From assembly GCA_044229145.1 (NCBI GenBank), contig JBGATO010000024.1:1-53904 (forward strand): DNA of 53,904 bases, given 5' to 3'. Position numbers and translations under genes: made by a program. Source of the stretch: Candidatus Eiseniibacteriota bacterium. Lineage in GTDB: Bacteria > Eisenbacteria > RBG-16-71-46 > CAZEPH01. This document shows, piece by piece, positions 20,701-29,907 of this stretch (position 1 is its first letter; the number at the start of each line of letters is the position of its first letter). The notes under the pieces were generated by a model. It saw nothing but the letters and a program-made list of their open reading frames with translations, searched no databases and was not told the DNA's origin.

Positions 20701-21226
20701 TGTGGTCGATGCCGTGGACGTCGCCGTCGCCGATGATCGTGTCGCTGTCCCGCTGCCAGGTGATGGTGGTCGCCCACATCTCCTGGTCCTTCTGCTGCAC
20801 GTGCGGCGCGCCGGTGGCCACCGCTTCGCGTTTGCCGCGGTCGTAGCTGAGATGGGCGGCGGTGAGGCGTACGTCCTTGTCGGTGAGGGTGACGCCGCCT
20901 TCGAGGATGGCGAGCGATTGCGCACGATAGTACGTCGCCAGCTCGGCTTCGATGTGCGTCGTGCTGTCCTGCACGACGACATGACCGCTCAACACCGCTT
21001 GCTTGGCGGCGCGCAAGTACTGGCCGGTGTCGGCAGTGATCACCGTGGTGCCGTGCACCAACCGGACGTGACCGTTGAGCGTGAGGAAGTCTTCGGCCGA
21101 CTGCGAGACGAGCTGCCCCGAATCGGCGGAGATGTCGAAGGTGTCGGCGACGGCGGCACTGCCGGCGGCGCGCGCGGCGCCAGGCAGGAGCGTCACGGCG
21201 AACGCGAGGGCGAGCGCAGTTCTCAT
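17711..21226 (-). CDS. lptD: Putative LPS assembly protein LptD with a long OstA/LptA-like N-terminal extension (1171 aa)
   Basis: Signal peptide; repeated beta-jellyroll motifs (L.G.V......T.I.AD); YTTCDLPHPHY, RHSGLLFP, LGYYWA, RTLHCWEAQF; ATG overlaps ROK TGA. Confidence 0.85.
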   Translation of the reverse strand: MRTALALAFAVTLLPGAARAAGSAAVADTFDISADSGQLVSQSAEDFLTLNGHVRLVHGTTVITADTGQYLRAAKQAVLSGHVVVQDSTTHIEAELATYYRAQSLAILEGGVTLTDKDVRLTAAHLSYDRGKREAVATGAPHVQQKDQEMWATTITWQRDSDTIIGDGDVHGIDHKEKVEVWGAHAQYSRKTKAGLLEGSPRFLATEDDSTQTFVRAQRLRFRNDPKVVTALDSVHVTRKKFSARADTLVLYDADSRAILTGHPEAWDDESHIAADSLDLRFVKRHLDRAFARAAGDSVARIRYAAAPHDTTGHGGKRSARGRETVTLEGARLAVGFVDEDVRTIDVGAPARARYRYEEPDRPDRTELNDVRGDSMHAELSPNEIELVLVQGNASGSYRFHPSDEPTKEDVVEYKAPWIVFHVPNDRVTLRDGAEVKHEKTTLTAPEIAFNSRTEALQATGKVTLNDGSEVITGTGLTYELRNGRGTIIEGRTTFEKGLYEGQEMRKLDDKTYAVKNAVYTTCDLPHPHYGISAKAMKIQVGKRVIARPVVFYLGRVPIAALPFFVIPVNEERHSGLLFPNLDFGFNAPQGRFFRDLGYYWAASQYWDATGKLDFYEGNPYYDTKAHYLARLEGRYTVRRVPLSGSFQFTYGSQTGQGDRSYTLFASHQQTLPGNVSVAGSANLSNSVIVLGNASYSGDQRRLLNGQLSSALQLSKSWYGTTVAANFSRDQVLAQAGDPANGIQPVVGTLSGYRPQLSVSFPTIFLGHAASPGRRAVRPALASTRIGVSTNYRDFYTNVAGSHSFRQVVSNISVSDSRRLSWVSVTPSFSLSDTRYLRDLSGRTLAGVDRWNASLSAGTTLYGYFLHKIGPLVALRHVMSPQLSYGVQPAQRAQLFQDPNADTLRLISRFPEAGVGLASAALQNVSFSLDQRFQLKLKSGEKVVKLDNLVSLRSAVSYNLAKGQFSSNIVSNMHVAPIDRVSADLSWENLAPRAGQAGWGQFRNVVFSLNTNLAGSGQWNGLRSSDTPGADTVAAPADTTGDPSGLLRRGRRAAGGGRFPWNFGLSAGATRSQVAGTSRFHNVFAQGSLDMSLTPNWHLTYSAGYDFDSGTLTSQDYAIVRTLHCWEAQFRRSNSGGVWTYYFRIGVKDLPQVFFERGSRYIGTPRLPFGG

Positions 21227-22194
21227 GCGTGCGCCTCCGCCGCCAGCAGCGCGGCGCCGATCCAGCCGGCGTGGGCGCCGAAGCGCGCCGGGCGCACCGG
21301 CGTGGCGCGGCCTTCGGCGGTGACTGCGCGCGCGGCGAGGCCCTCGCGGATGCCGGCGAACACCACGTCGCCGGCGTGCGCGACGCCGCCGCCCACCACA
21401 CAGCACTCGATGTCGAGAAGGTCGATCACGTTTCCGATCGCATCGCCCAAGATGACGCCGGCGTCGTGGAGGATCGCCGCGGCGGTGGTGTCGCCGCGCG
21501 TGGCACAGGCGGCGAGCGCCTCGACGGTGCGCGGCGCGGCGCCGTCGTCGTCTGTTACCCCGCGCGCCGCGGCCAGCGCCACCAGGCGCGCGCTCGACAC
21601 CGCGGCTTCGACGCAGCCGTCGCGGCCGCAGGCGCAGCGCACCCCGGCGGCCGGCGCGCAGCTGGTGTGGCCGATCTCCCCCGCGAAGCCGTGCCGTCCA
21701 CGCCACAGCTGACCGTCGAGCACGAGGGCGCCGCCGATGCCGGTGCCCCATGTGACACACAGAGCCGACCGCACGTCACGCGCCGCGCCGGCTCGGGCCT
21801 CGGCAAACCCGCACGCGTTGGCATCATTGTCGATCACACAGCGGAGGCCGGGGAACGCCGCGCGCGCGAGGTCGGCCAACGGCGCGTCGCGAAATCCCGG
21901 AAGGTTGGGCGAGTCCTGCACGACGCCGCGCGCCGCGTCGACGTACCCGGCGCACGCGATGCCGACACCGCGCAGCGTGGGGACGCCGTTCGCGGCCTGC
22001 AATACCGCGAGCGCGGCGGCGAACTGCCGCACCACCGCCGCCGGCTCCGGCGTCGCCACGGTGTCGATCCACGCATCGCCGCGCGGCGCGCCGGCCACGA
22101 CGTCCCACAGGCCGAACTTGGCGCGCGTGCCGCCGATGTCGAGGCCGGCGACCACCGCCGGCATGGGAGAGTCAGCCGAGACGGACCGCCTCAC
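21223..22194 (-). CDS. ROK family sugar kinase (alternative start ATG 22164)
   Basis: GLDIGGT, DNDANA, GTGIGGAL, AGEIGH, CACGRDGCVEA. Confidence 0.92.
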   Translation of the reverse strand: MRRSVSADSPMPAVVAGLDIGGTRAKFGLWDVVAGAPRGDAWIDTVATPEPAAVVRQFAAALAVLQAANGVPTLRGVGIACAGYVDAARGVVQDSPNLPGFRDAPLADLARAAFPGLRCVIDNDANACGFAEARAGAARDVRSALCVTWGTGIGGALVLDGQLWRGRHGFAGEIGHTSCAPAAGVRCACGRDGCVEAAVSSARLVALAAARGVTDDDGAAPRTVEALAACATRGDTTAAAILHDAGVILGDAIGNVIDLLDIECCVVGGGVAHAGDVVFAGIREGLAARAVTAEGRATPVRPARFGAHAGWIGAALLAAEAHA

Positions 22195-23300
22195 ACGAAC
22201 GCGGCGCCGCTCTCGGCGTGGAACAAGTGCGCGCGCGACAGCCGCAATGCCACCTCGACGCGCTCGCCGACGTGCGGCGCGGTGTCCCAGCCGGTGCGCG
22301 ACACGACCGTCATGCCTGGCGCCAACGCGGCGTATACGAACGTCTCGTTGCCCATCGGTTCGACCAGTTCGACCTGCGCGGGGACGGTGGCCACGTCATC
22401 GGTGGCGGCCCACGCCGCGCCGGTCTTGGCGTCCGCGACATCCTCGGGGCGAATGCCGAGCACCACCGCGCCGCGGTGGCCGGCGACGCGCTGCGCAAGG
22501 CCGTCGTGCAGCGGCAAGCGCACCTGCGCCGCCTCGAACGCCGGCGTGTCGCCCTGCACCGCGCCGGGCAGGAAGTTCATCGCCGGCGACCCGATGAAGC
22601 TGGCGACGAAGCGCGTCGCCGGCTGGTGGTAGAGCGTGAGCGGATCGGCCACCTGCTGGATGACGCCGTCGCGCATGACGACGATGCGGTCGCCCATCGT
22701 CATCGCCTCGGTTTGGTCGTGCGTGACGTAGATCATGGTGGCCTTGAGCCGCTGGTGGAGTCGCGAGAGTTCGGCGCGCATCGCCACACGCATCGTCGCA
22801 TCGAGGTTCGAGAGTGGTTCGTCGAACAAGAACACCTTCGGATTGCGGACGATGGCGCGGCCGAGCGCCACGCGCTGGCGCTGTCCACCCGACAACGCCT
22901 TCGGCTTGCGCTCGAGATATTCGCGGATGCCGAGCACGTCGGCGGCGTCCTCGACGCGCTGGCGGATCTCGTCCTTCGGCATCTTCCGCAGCTTGAGGCC
23001 GAACGCCATGTTCTCGAAGACGTTCATGTGCGGATAGAGCGCGTAGTTCTGGAACACCATCGCGATGTCGCGATCCTTCGGCGCCGTCCAGGTGACGTCG
23101 TGGCCGTCGATCCGCACGCTGCCGCTGGTGGGATCCTCGAGGCCGGCGATGATGCGCAGCAGCGTCGACTTGCCGCAACCCGACGGCCCGACCAGCACGA
23201 CGAACTCTTGATCGCCGATCTCGAGCGAAATGTCCTTCAGCGTGGGAGCGGCGGCTTTCGGGAACGTCTTGACGATGTGCGTGAGGGATACGGTGGCCAC
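22191..23300 (-). CDS. Sugar ABC transporter ATPase (MalK/UgpC/MsiK type)
   Basis: [48 protein letters not shown]-terminal OB/TOBE region. Confidence 0.95.
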   Translation of the reverse strand: MATVSLTHIVKTFPKAAAPTLKDISLEIGDQEFVVLVGPSGCGKSTLLRIIAGLEDPTSGSVRIDGHDVTWTAPKDRDIAMVFQNYALYPHMNVFENMAFGLKLRKMPKDEIRQRVEDAADVLGIREYLERKPKALSGGQRQRVALGRAIVRNPKVFLFDEPLSNLDATMRVAMRAELSRLHQRLKATMIYVTHDQTEAMTMGDRIVVMRDGVIQQVADPLTLYHQPATRFVASFIGSPAMNFLPGAVQGDTPAFEAAQVRLPLHDGLAQRVAGHRGAVVLGIRPEDVADAKTGAAWAATDDVATVPAQVELVEPMGNETFVYAALAPGMTVVSRTGWDTAPHVGERVEVALRLSRAHLFHAESGAAFV

Positions 23301-23327
23301 GCGACACGACTCCTCTCGTTCAGCGGT

Positions 23328-24668
23328 TCAAATGACGTCGAGTTCCTCGACACCGAGCGCGGGCAGCGATTCGCCGACAGTGTAGCAGGAGCCGGTCACC
23401 ACGCCCAGGTCGTCCACGGTGGCGGTGGCGAGCAGGGTTTCGACGGCGGCATGCACGCTGTCGGCCACCGCGAGGACGCGGGTGTGGGCGGCGCACACGG
23501 CGGCCAGGTCCGCGGCGGAGCGGGCGCGCCCGCTGGCCGGCGCGCACACGATCACACCGTCGAGCACCGGCGCCAGCGCGGCGACGAAGCCGTCGGCATC
23601 CTTGTCTGCGAGCATGCCGAGCACCGCGTAGCGTCGCGCGTCCGGGGCGACGGCAAGCAGCGTCTCGGCGAGCCGCGCGGCGGCGGCGGGATTGTGCGCA
23701 ACGTCGGTGAGCACGCGGCGAGTGCTGCCGTCCGCACGTCCGACGTGCAGCAACTCGGCGCGGCCGGGCCAGCGCACGGCGGCGAGACCCTGGCGCACCG
23801 CGGCCTCCCCCACCCGCGGGTCGCCGAGCGTCCATGCCAGCATCGCCGCGAGCGCGGCGTTGCGCGCCTGGTGTGCGCCGAGCACGCGCGCGCGCACCTC
23901 GCGCCACGCCGTGCCGTCCGGCAGCGTGAGGTCGAACACGCCGCCCGCCGCGTCGCACGCGGTCACGACGACATGCCAATCGCGGCCTTCCTGCAGGCAG
24001 CGCGCGCCGCGCCGCGCGATCTCGGTGCGCAGCACGCTGGCCGCCGGCTCGCGCGTCTCGGCGCTCACCACGGTGCCGCCGGCGCGCGCGATGCCCGCCT
24101 TCTCCGGCGCGATCTCCTCCACCGTGCGGCCGAGGATTTCGGTGTGATCGAGGTCGATTGCGGTGATGCCGCCGAGCAGCGACGGCCACACCGTCGTCGC
24201 GTCGAGCCGTCCGCCCATCCCCACCTCGGCCACCGCCCACTCGACGCCGGCATCGCGAAACGCCAGCGCGCCGAGCGCGGTCACCGTCTCGAAGTACGAT
24301 GCGCCCTCGGCCGCGGTCGCCGGTTCGACCTGCGCCATCAGGCGCTCGACGTCGGCGCGCGGCAGCGCGCGGCCATCGACACGAATGCGCTCGGGGAAGT
24401 CGATCAGGTGCGGCGAGGTGAACAGGCCGGTGCGGCAGCCGGCGGCGCGCAGGATGGCGGCGAGGCACGCGGAGGTCGTGCCCTTGCCGTTGGTGCCGGC
24501 GACTTGGATGGCGCGAAACGCTTGCTCCGGCGCGCCCACCATGTCGTGCAGGCGGCGCGGGCCGTCGAGGCCGAGTCGCATGCCACTGCGCTCGTAGGCA
24601 TAGAGGCGGCGCAAGAGCGCCGTGTAGCGCGCGTCGTCCGCGGTGTGCACGGCGGTGTCGGCTGGCAT
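23328..24668 (-). CDS. folC: Folylpolyglutamate synthase/dihydrofolate synthase
   Basis: VAGTNGKGT, FTSPHL, EVGMGGRLDAT, WPGRAE, DVAHNP, TGSCY. Confidence 0.93.
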   Translation of the reverse strand: MPADTAVHTADDARYTALLRRLYAYERSGMRLGLDGPRRLHDMVGAPEQAFRAIQVAGTNGKGTTSACLAAILRAAGCRTGLFTSPHLIDFPERIRVDGRALPRADVERLMAQVEPATAAEGASYFETVTALGALAFRDAGVEWAVAEVGMGGRLDATTVWPSLLGGITAIDLDHTEILGRTVEEIAPEKAGIARAGGTVVSAETREPAASVLRTEIARRGARCLQEGRDWHVVVTACDAAGGVFDLTLPDGTAWREVRARVLGAHQARNAALAAMLAWTLGDPRVGEAAVRQGLAAVRWPGRAELLHVGRADGSTRRVLTDVAHNPAAAARLAETLLAVAPDARRYAVLGMLADKDADGFVAALAPVLDGVIVCAPASGRARSAADLAAVCAAHTRVLAVADSVHAAVETLLATATVDDLGVVTGSCYTVGESLPALGVEELDVI

Positions 24669-24679
24669 CGCCGGCGAAA

Positions 24680-25588
24680 CTACGACGTGAGCGACGGCGC
24701 GCCCTCGGGCAGCGCCTCCACCGCGTCGCGCGTCCAGGCGCCGGGCGCGGTGCGGCAGAACCACAGGATGCTCGCCAGGTGCGCGCGTAACTGCGTGCGC
24801 GGCACGATGGCGTCGAGCTGCCCGTGCTCCATGAGGAACTCCGAGCGCTGAAAGCCCGGCGGCAACTCTTGATTGATCGTCTGCTCGATGACGCGCGGTC
24901 CCGCGAAGCCGATCAGCGCCTTCGGTTCGGCGAGGATGAGATCGCCGAGCATCGCGTAGCTCGCCGACACACCGCCGGTGGTCGGGTTGGTAAGCAGGGC
25001 GATGTACGGCACGCCGGCCTCGCGCATCTGCGCCAGGATCGCCGACGTCTTCGCCAGCTGCATGAGACCGAGGATGCCTTCCTGCATGCGGGCGCCGCCC
25101 GAGGTGCAGAGAATCAACAGCGGCATGCGCTCGGCGAGCGCGAGTTCCATGATGCGCGTGATCTTCTCGCCCACCGCGGAGCCGAGCGTCCCACCCATCC
25201 ACGCGAAGTCCATGATGCCGAGCGCGAGCGGGTGTCCGTCGAGCAAGCCGCGGCCGGTGAGGATGGCCTCGTTCATCCCGGTCTTGTCCTTCGCCGCCTT
25301 CAGGCGGTCCGGGTACTTCTTCGAGTCCTTGAACTTGAGCGGGTCCACCGAGACGACGTCGGCGTAGAGCTCGACGAACGAGCCTTCATCGGTGAGCAAC
25401 TCGGCGTAACGCGCGGCCGGGATGCGGAAGTGGTGGTCACACTTCGGGCAGACGCCGGCGTGCCGGTCGAGCTCCTTCTGGTAGAGGATCTCGCCGCAGC
25501 CATCGCACTTGTTCCACAGACCATCGGGCAGTTCGCGCCGCGCCGGGGTCGACTTGACGCCGGTGCGGGTGCGCTTGAGCCAAGACAT
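24680..25588 (-). CDS. accD: Acetyl-CoA carboxylase carboxyltransferase beta subunit
   Basis: Zn finger CDGC...CPKC, SGGARMQEG, PTTGGVSAS, GFAGPRVIEQTI, GFQRSEFL. Confidence 0.97.
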   Translation of the reverse strand: MSWLKRTRTGVKSTPARRELPDGLWNKCDGCGEILYQKELDRHAGVCPKCDHHFRIPAARYAELLTDEGSFVELYADVVSVDPLKFKDSKKYPDRLKAAKDKTGMNEAILTGRGLLDGHPLALGIMDFAWMGGTLGSAVGEKITRIMELALAERMPLLILCTSGGARMQEGILGLMQLAKTSAILAQMREAGVPYIALLTNPTTGGVSASYAMLGDLILAEPKALIGFAGPRVIEQTINQELPPGFQRSEFLMEHGQLDAIVPRTQLRAHLASILWFCRTAPGAWTRDAVEALPEGAPSLTS

Positions 25589-25614
25589 CGTGAGTCAGCC
25601 TCGCGAGAGGACAA

Positions 25615-26124
25615 TCAGGCCGGGCGCTCGTCGGCGCGCGGGGGAGCGTCCATGTCCGGAGCCCGGACGACGGAGCGGCTCATCACGATAGCATCCTCGA
25701 CCGGGTCCTGATAGTACCTGCGCCGCACCGACAGTTCGACGAATCCGTTGCGGGCGTAAAACCTTCGGGCGCGGAGGTTTCCGGAGCGGACTTCGAGCAA
25801 CATGGTCTCCAGATCGCGGGCTGCCGCGCGGGCGAACGCGTCGTCGAGCAGCGCCTGGGCGATGCCCCGCCCCTGCCACGCGCGATCCACCGCGATGTTC
25901 TCGAGGTGCACCTCGTCGTAGACCCACGCCAGCATCGCGTAGCCGACCAGCACGCCCTCGACCTCGGCCACCAATGGCAGCGCGATCTCGGGGTGCTGGA
26001 GCTCCTCGTGGAAGAGCGACTCGGGCCAGGGATCGGTGAACAGGTCGCGCTCGAGTTCGAGCACGCGGCGGAGGTCGGCGGTGGTCATCGGGCGAATGGC
26101 CGGCGTGACGACGTCGGCGGTCAT
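25615..26124 (-). CDS. rimI: Ribosomal protein S18 alanine N-acetyltransferase
   Basis: NIAVDRAWQGRGIA, LEVRSGN..ARRFY...GF, RRRYYQDPVEDAIVM; follows tsaB. Confidence 0.9.
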   Translation of the reverse strand: MTADVVTPAIRPMTTADLRRVLELERDLFTDPWPESLFHEELQHPEIALPLVAEVEGVLVGYAMLAWVYDEVHLENIAVDRAWQGRGIAQALLDDAFARAAARDLETMLLEVRSGNLRARRFYARNGFVELSVRRRYYQDPVEDAIVMSRSVVRAPDMDAPPRADERPA

Positions 26125-26843
26125 GCGCCGCCTCGGGCGGCAGCGCGCTCGGCGAGCGTGCGCGCGTCGGCACCGCGCAGGTAGTGCGCGTCGGCCTGCT
26201 CGATCGGCGTCGTGAGGCCGGCGGCGAGCCGCGCGTGGCCGAGCCGCGCCAGTGTGGCCGGCCGCGGAATGTCGAACGCGGGATCGCCGAAGCCGACCTC
26301 GCGCACGCCGGCGGCGGTGAGGTGCGGCGCGAGCAATCGCGCGCCGGTGCCGACGGCGAGCACACCGCGCTCCCCCGCCCATGCGGCGATCTCGCGCGCC
26401 GCGTCCTCGGGGTTGGCGACGCGCGGCGCGACGGCGTAGGCAACCTCGAGCCCCGGCGCCCCGTCGGTGGCCGCCGCGTAGATCTGCTGGCGCCGCGCGT
26501 CGAGCGCCACCGCGACGCATACGCCGGCCGCGAGGTGCGGCGCCGCGAGCACGTCGAGCGTCGACACCGTCGTCAGCGGCAGATCGAGTCCGAGCGCGAG
26601 GCCCTGTGCCGCCGAGAGGCCGACGCGCACGCCGGTGAAGGCGCCCGGGCCGTGCGTCACCGCGAGGCCGCCGAGCGCGTCGCGCGTGCGGCCGGCCTGC
26701 GCGAGCAGCGCGTCCACCGCGACGAGCAGCGACTCGCTCGCCGCCGTCGCGCGTTCCTCGATCGACTCGGCGAGCACGGTGTCGCCGTCGGCGAGCGCGA
26801 GGCCGATCGCCAGCACCGAGGTTTCGATCGCCAGCACTAGCAT
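26121..26843 (-). CDS. tsaB: tRNA t6A biosynthesis protein TsaB
   Basis: LAIETS, GPGAFTGVRVG, LDARRQQIY. Confidence 0.93.
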   Translation of the reverse strand: MLVLAIETSVLAIGLALADGDTVLAESIEERATAASESLLVAVDALLAQAGRTRDALGGLAVTHGPGAFTGVRVGLSAAQGLALGLDLPLTTVSTLDVLAAPHLAAGVCVAVALDARRQQIYAAATDGAPGLEVAYAVAPRVANPEDAAREIAAWAGERGVLAVGTGARLLAPHLTAAGVREVGFGDPAFDIPRPATLARLGHARLAAGLTTPIEQADAHYLRGADARTLAERAAARGGA

Positions 26844-27328
26844 GCGGCGGCTCCTTCCCGCGCCGCGCGCACCGCGGCGATGATCGCCGCGCCCCGGCCG
26901 CCGTGCGCGACGAAGCGCAGCGTGCGTTCATCGGCGCCTTCGCCCATGGCGATCGTGATCTCCAGCGCATCGCCGGCGAAGCGGTCGCGGGCGCGCTCGG
27001 CCCACTCGATGAACGAAACGGCGTGACCCGCGGTGAGGTCTTCGAGTCCGAGTTCCTCGCCTTCGCCTTGTTCGACGCGATAGAGATCGCCGTGCAGCAT
27101 CGGTGTCGGCCCAGGATATTCATTGAGGAACACGAACGTCGGCGAGCGCACACGGGCCGCCACCTGCAACGCGCGGCCGGCGCCGCGCACGAAGGCCGTC
27201 TTGCCGGCGCCGAGCGGTCCGGTGAGCAACACCACATCGCCCGGACGCAACCACGCGGCCACCGCCGCGCCGAGCGCTTCGGTGTCCTCGGTGCTGTGCG
27301 TCGTCACCGTGTACGTCGTCTCGCTCAT
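26837..27328 (-). CDS. tsaE: tRNA t6A biosynthesis ATPase TsaE
   Basis: GPLGAGKT, SPTFVFLNEY, HGDLYR, IEWAE. Confidence 0.93.
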   Translation of the reverse strand: MSETTYTVTTHSTEDTEALGAAVAAWLRPGDVVLLTGPLGAGKTAFVRGAGRALQVAARVRSPTFVFLNEYPGPTPMLHGDLYRVEQGEGEELGLEDLTAGHAVSFIEWAERARDRFAGDALEITIAMGEGADERTLRFVAHGGRGAAIIAAVRAAREGAAAC

Positions 27329-28893
27329 GCGCCGCGCGGCGTGAGCACGGCGCACGGGATGATCAGTTCCTCCAGCGTGATGCCGCCGTGCTGGAAGCTG
27401 CCGCGGAACTGCCGCTCGTACTCGTGATAGTTGGTGGGATAGACGAAGTAGAAATCGTCCTTGGCGATGATGTAATTCTTGTTGAGCCCCTCGTTCGGCA
27501 GCCGCGCGTCGCCCGGATTCTTGAGGATGAACGCCTGTCGCTTGTCGACCACGAGGTTCTTGCCGTACTTGTAGCGCAGGTTGGTGGCCGCGTTGCGGTC
27601 CGCCTTCACCTGCGCGGCGCGCTGGCCGATGGTGGCGCCGTGGTCGGTGGTCATCACCACCGTCGTCCCCGCCTGCGCCGCCGCCTTGAGCACCTCGAAC
27701 AGCGCCGAGTGCACGAACCACGACGCCATCACGCTGCGGAATCCGGCTTCGTCGGGCGCCAGCTCGAGCAAGATCTCCGACTCGCTGCGTCCGTGCGCCA
27801 GGATGTCGAGGAAGTTGAACACCAGCGCGCTGAACGGAAACGTCTTGAACGACGCCGCCTGCCGCCGGATGACGTGCGATTCGTCCGCGCTGTAGATCTT
27901 GTGATAGCGCACCGGCTGCCCGAGGTCGATCTTGAGGCGCTTGAGTTGTTCCTCGAGCAGCTCCTTCTCGTGGCGATTCATGCTGCGCTCGGCCGGCGCA
28001 CCTTCGTCCCAGTAGTGCGGGAACCGCTGCGCGATCTCCTCCGGCCACAAGCCCGCGAAGATCGCGTTGCGCGAGTACGGCGTCGCCGACGGCAGGATCG
28101 AGTAGATGAGATCGCGTTCGATGGTGAAGAACGGCTCGAGCAGCGACTCGATGGTGAGGAACTGGTCGAGCCGCATGCAGTCGACCACGACGAGCATCGT
28201 CCGCTTGCCCTCGCGCAGCGGCGGCGCGACGTAGCGCTCGACGACATCGCGCGTGAACACCGGCGGCGCCTGGCGGCCGTGCACCCAGTCGCTGTAGTTG
28301 TCCTCGACGTGGCGCGTGAAGTCCGCGTTGGTTTCCTTGAGCAGCGCGCCGTGCGCCGCGCGCAAGCCGGGATCGTTCGCGGTGGCGAGCGAGATCTCCC
28401 ACTGCAGCAACTTGAGATAGAGCTGCGCCCAGCTCGCGTGATCCGTCGCCTCGTCGCGCAGCATGCGCAGCCGCGCGAACTCGCCGGTGTAATCCTGCGC
28501 GAGCTGCGACTGCTGCAACGCGCGCGCTTCGAGCAAGCGCTTGAGCGCCGACACGATCTGCGACGGGTTCACCGGCTTGGTGAGGAAGTCGTCGGTGCGC
28601 GCGCCGAACGCCGACTCCATCAAGTCCTCTTCCTCGGACTTGGTCACCATGATGACCGGAATCGTCGAATCGTATTCGCGCAGCGCCTGCAACGTGGCGA
28701 GCCCGTCCATGCCCGGCATCATCTCGTCGAGCAGCACGCAGTCGAAGCGTTCGGCCTGCGCGAGCTTCAGCGCGTCGCGGCCGTTGGCGACCGTCTGCAC
28801 GTCGTAGCCGCGCGCCTGCAGATACAGGACGTGCGGCCGCAGCAGATCGATCTCGTCATCGGCCCAGAGGATTTTCTTGGCGGCGTCGGCCAT
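27325..28893 (-). CDS. porX: PorX-like response regulator (REC + PglZ/alkaline-phosphatase domain)
   Basis: ILWADDEIDLLRPH, LDEMMPG, TKSEEE, DCMRLDQ, LPSATPYSRNAIF, TTDHG, FQHGGI; directly upstream of tsaE. Confidence 0.9.
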   Translation of the reverse strand: MADAAKKILWADDEIDLLRPHVLYLQARGYDVQTVANGRDALKLAQAERFDCVLLDEMMPGMDGLATLQALREYDSTIPVIMVTKSEEEDLMESAFGARTDDFLTKPVNPSQIVSALKRLLEARALQQSQLAQDYTGEFARLRMLRDEATDHASWAQLYLKLLQWEISLATANDPGLRAAHGALLKETNADFTRHVEDNYSDWVHGRQAPPVFTRDVVERYVAPPLREGKRTMLVVVDCMRLDQFLTIESLLEPFFTIERDLIYSILPSATPYSRNAIFAGLWPEEIAQRFPHYWDEGAPAERSMNRHEKELLEEQLKRLKIDLGQPVRYHKIYSADESHVIRRQAASFKTFPFSALVFNFLDILAHGRSESEILLELAPDEAGFRSVMASWFVHSALFEVLKAAAQAGTTVVMTTDHGATIGQRAAQVKADRNAATNLRYKYGKNLVVDKRQAFILKNPGDARLPNEGLNKNYIIAKDDFYFVYPTNYHEYERQFRGSFQHGGITLEELIIPCAVLTPRGA

Positions 28894-28992
28894 GGTGGTG
28901 CCTCAACGGTGAACGGCGGTGGTTGGAGCAGAGAGTGGCAGGAGTAGAAGGATCCAGCAATGACCAACCCATTGGGGCGCGTCCGTGAGTTC

Positions 28993-29907
28993 TCACCGCC
29001 ACGGCCCGCCGGGCGACCATGTACCCACGCGAGAGCCGCCACCTCGCGCGTCCTCGAGCACCGGCAGGAGGAACGCGGCCAGTAGCGGCGCGATGTCCGT
29101 ACCGGGATCCGCGCTGGCCGAGATGCCCGCGCGGCGCGCGAACGCTCGCAGCTGGGCAGGGCGCGACGGATTCTCCCAGTACATCGGCGTCAGTCCGACA
29201 GGGGCCTCTCGCGGAAACGGCGTTTTCCGCCGATCAAAGGTTCTGCGAACTGCCTCCACGAGAGTCTCGCGATCGAATTCAAAGCTCCTCGCCAGATAGG
29301 CCACATCAAAGAAGTCCTTGATGCGGCTGTTCCGGTCACCCAGCACAACGATTGCTTCGAGCTTTTCCGCGACGACGGCCTCGCGCGGGTAGGCCAGGAC
29401 TTCAGGCGCTGGGAATTCGAGCATTGTCGGATACGCGCACGCTTGTGGTGCCGGCCACACCGCGTCACCGAGGCCCATGTCGATTTGCAGGGACAGCCGT
29501 GCGGTGCCGCAGCGCGCGGGAAGCGTCGCCCGGACGCCGGCGTACTCGTCCGCAGTACGGATCGATTCGATCGCGATGTCGGCTCCGTCGAAGATCACCG
29601 CATCGGGCTCCACCGGCGTCTGGCAGATCGTGCGCAGGTCAGCCCGGATGGCGTCGAATGATCCGTCACCTTTGCGCAAGAGATCCAGGTCTCGCGTGGC
29701 ACGATACGGCTGCTCCGACCAGAGCCGCAGCAGCATCGCGCCCTTCAGGATAAATCGTGCGCGGACAGCAGACTCGCCGAGGCGATACAGGAATCGTTCG
29801 AGACAGTATCCCGTGAGAACGATCTGATAGTCGTCGCCAGTCCGCTTCGCGCTATCGAGCAAGCGAGCGGCTACCGAGGCGGGAAGATCACGCACGCCGT
29901 CCGTCAC
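28993..29907 (-). CDS. abiEii: Type IV TA toxin, AbiEii/AbiGii nucleotidyltransferase
   Basis: ERFLYRL, FILKGAMLL, RATRDLD, AEKLEAI, NSRIKDFFD; GTG overlaps antitoxin TGA. Confidence 0.9.
   Translation of the reverse strand: MTDGVRDLPASVAARLLDSAKRTGDDYQIVLTGYCLERFLYRLGESAVRARFILKGAMLLRLWSEQPYRATRDLDLLRKGDGSFDAIRADLRTICQTPVEPDAVIFDGADIAIESIRTADEYAGVRATLPARCGTARLSLQIDMGLGDAVWPAPQACAYPTMLEFPAPEVLAYPREAVVAEKLEAIVVLGDRNSRIKDFFDVAYLARSFEFDRETLVEAVRRTFDRRKTPFPREAPVGLTPMYWENPSRPAQLRAFARRAGISASADPGTDIAPLLAAFLLPVLEDARGGGSRVGTWSPGGPWR

Noticed and set aside
17669..21712. Very long ORFs opposite or overlapping real genes (e.g. 17669-21712 +, 43006-46578 +, 22218-24851 +, 15336-17288 +)
   Set aside because: Arg/Ala/Pro-rich shadow frames expected from stop-codon scarcity at high GC; no motifs, and each overlaps a well-supported gene
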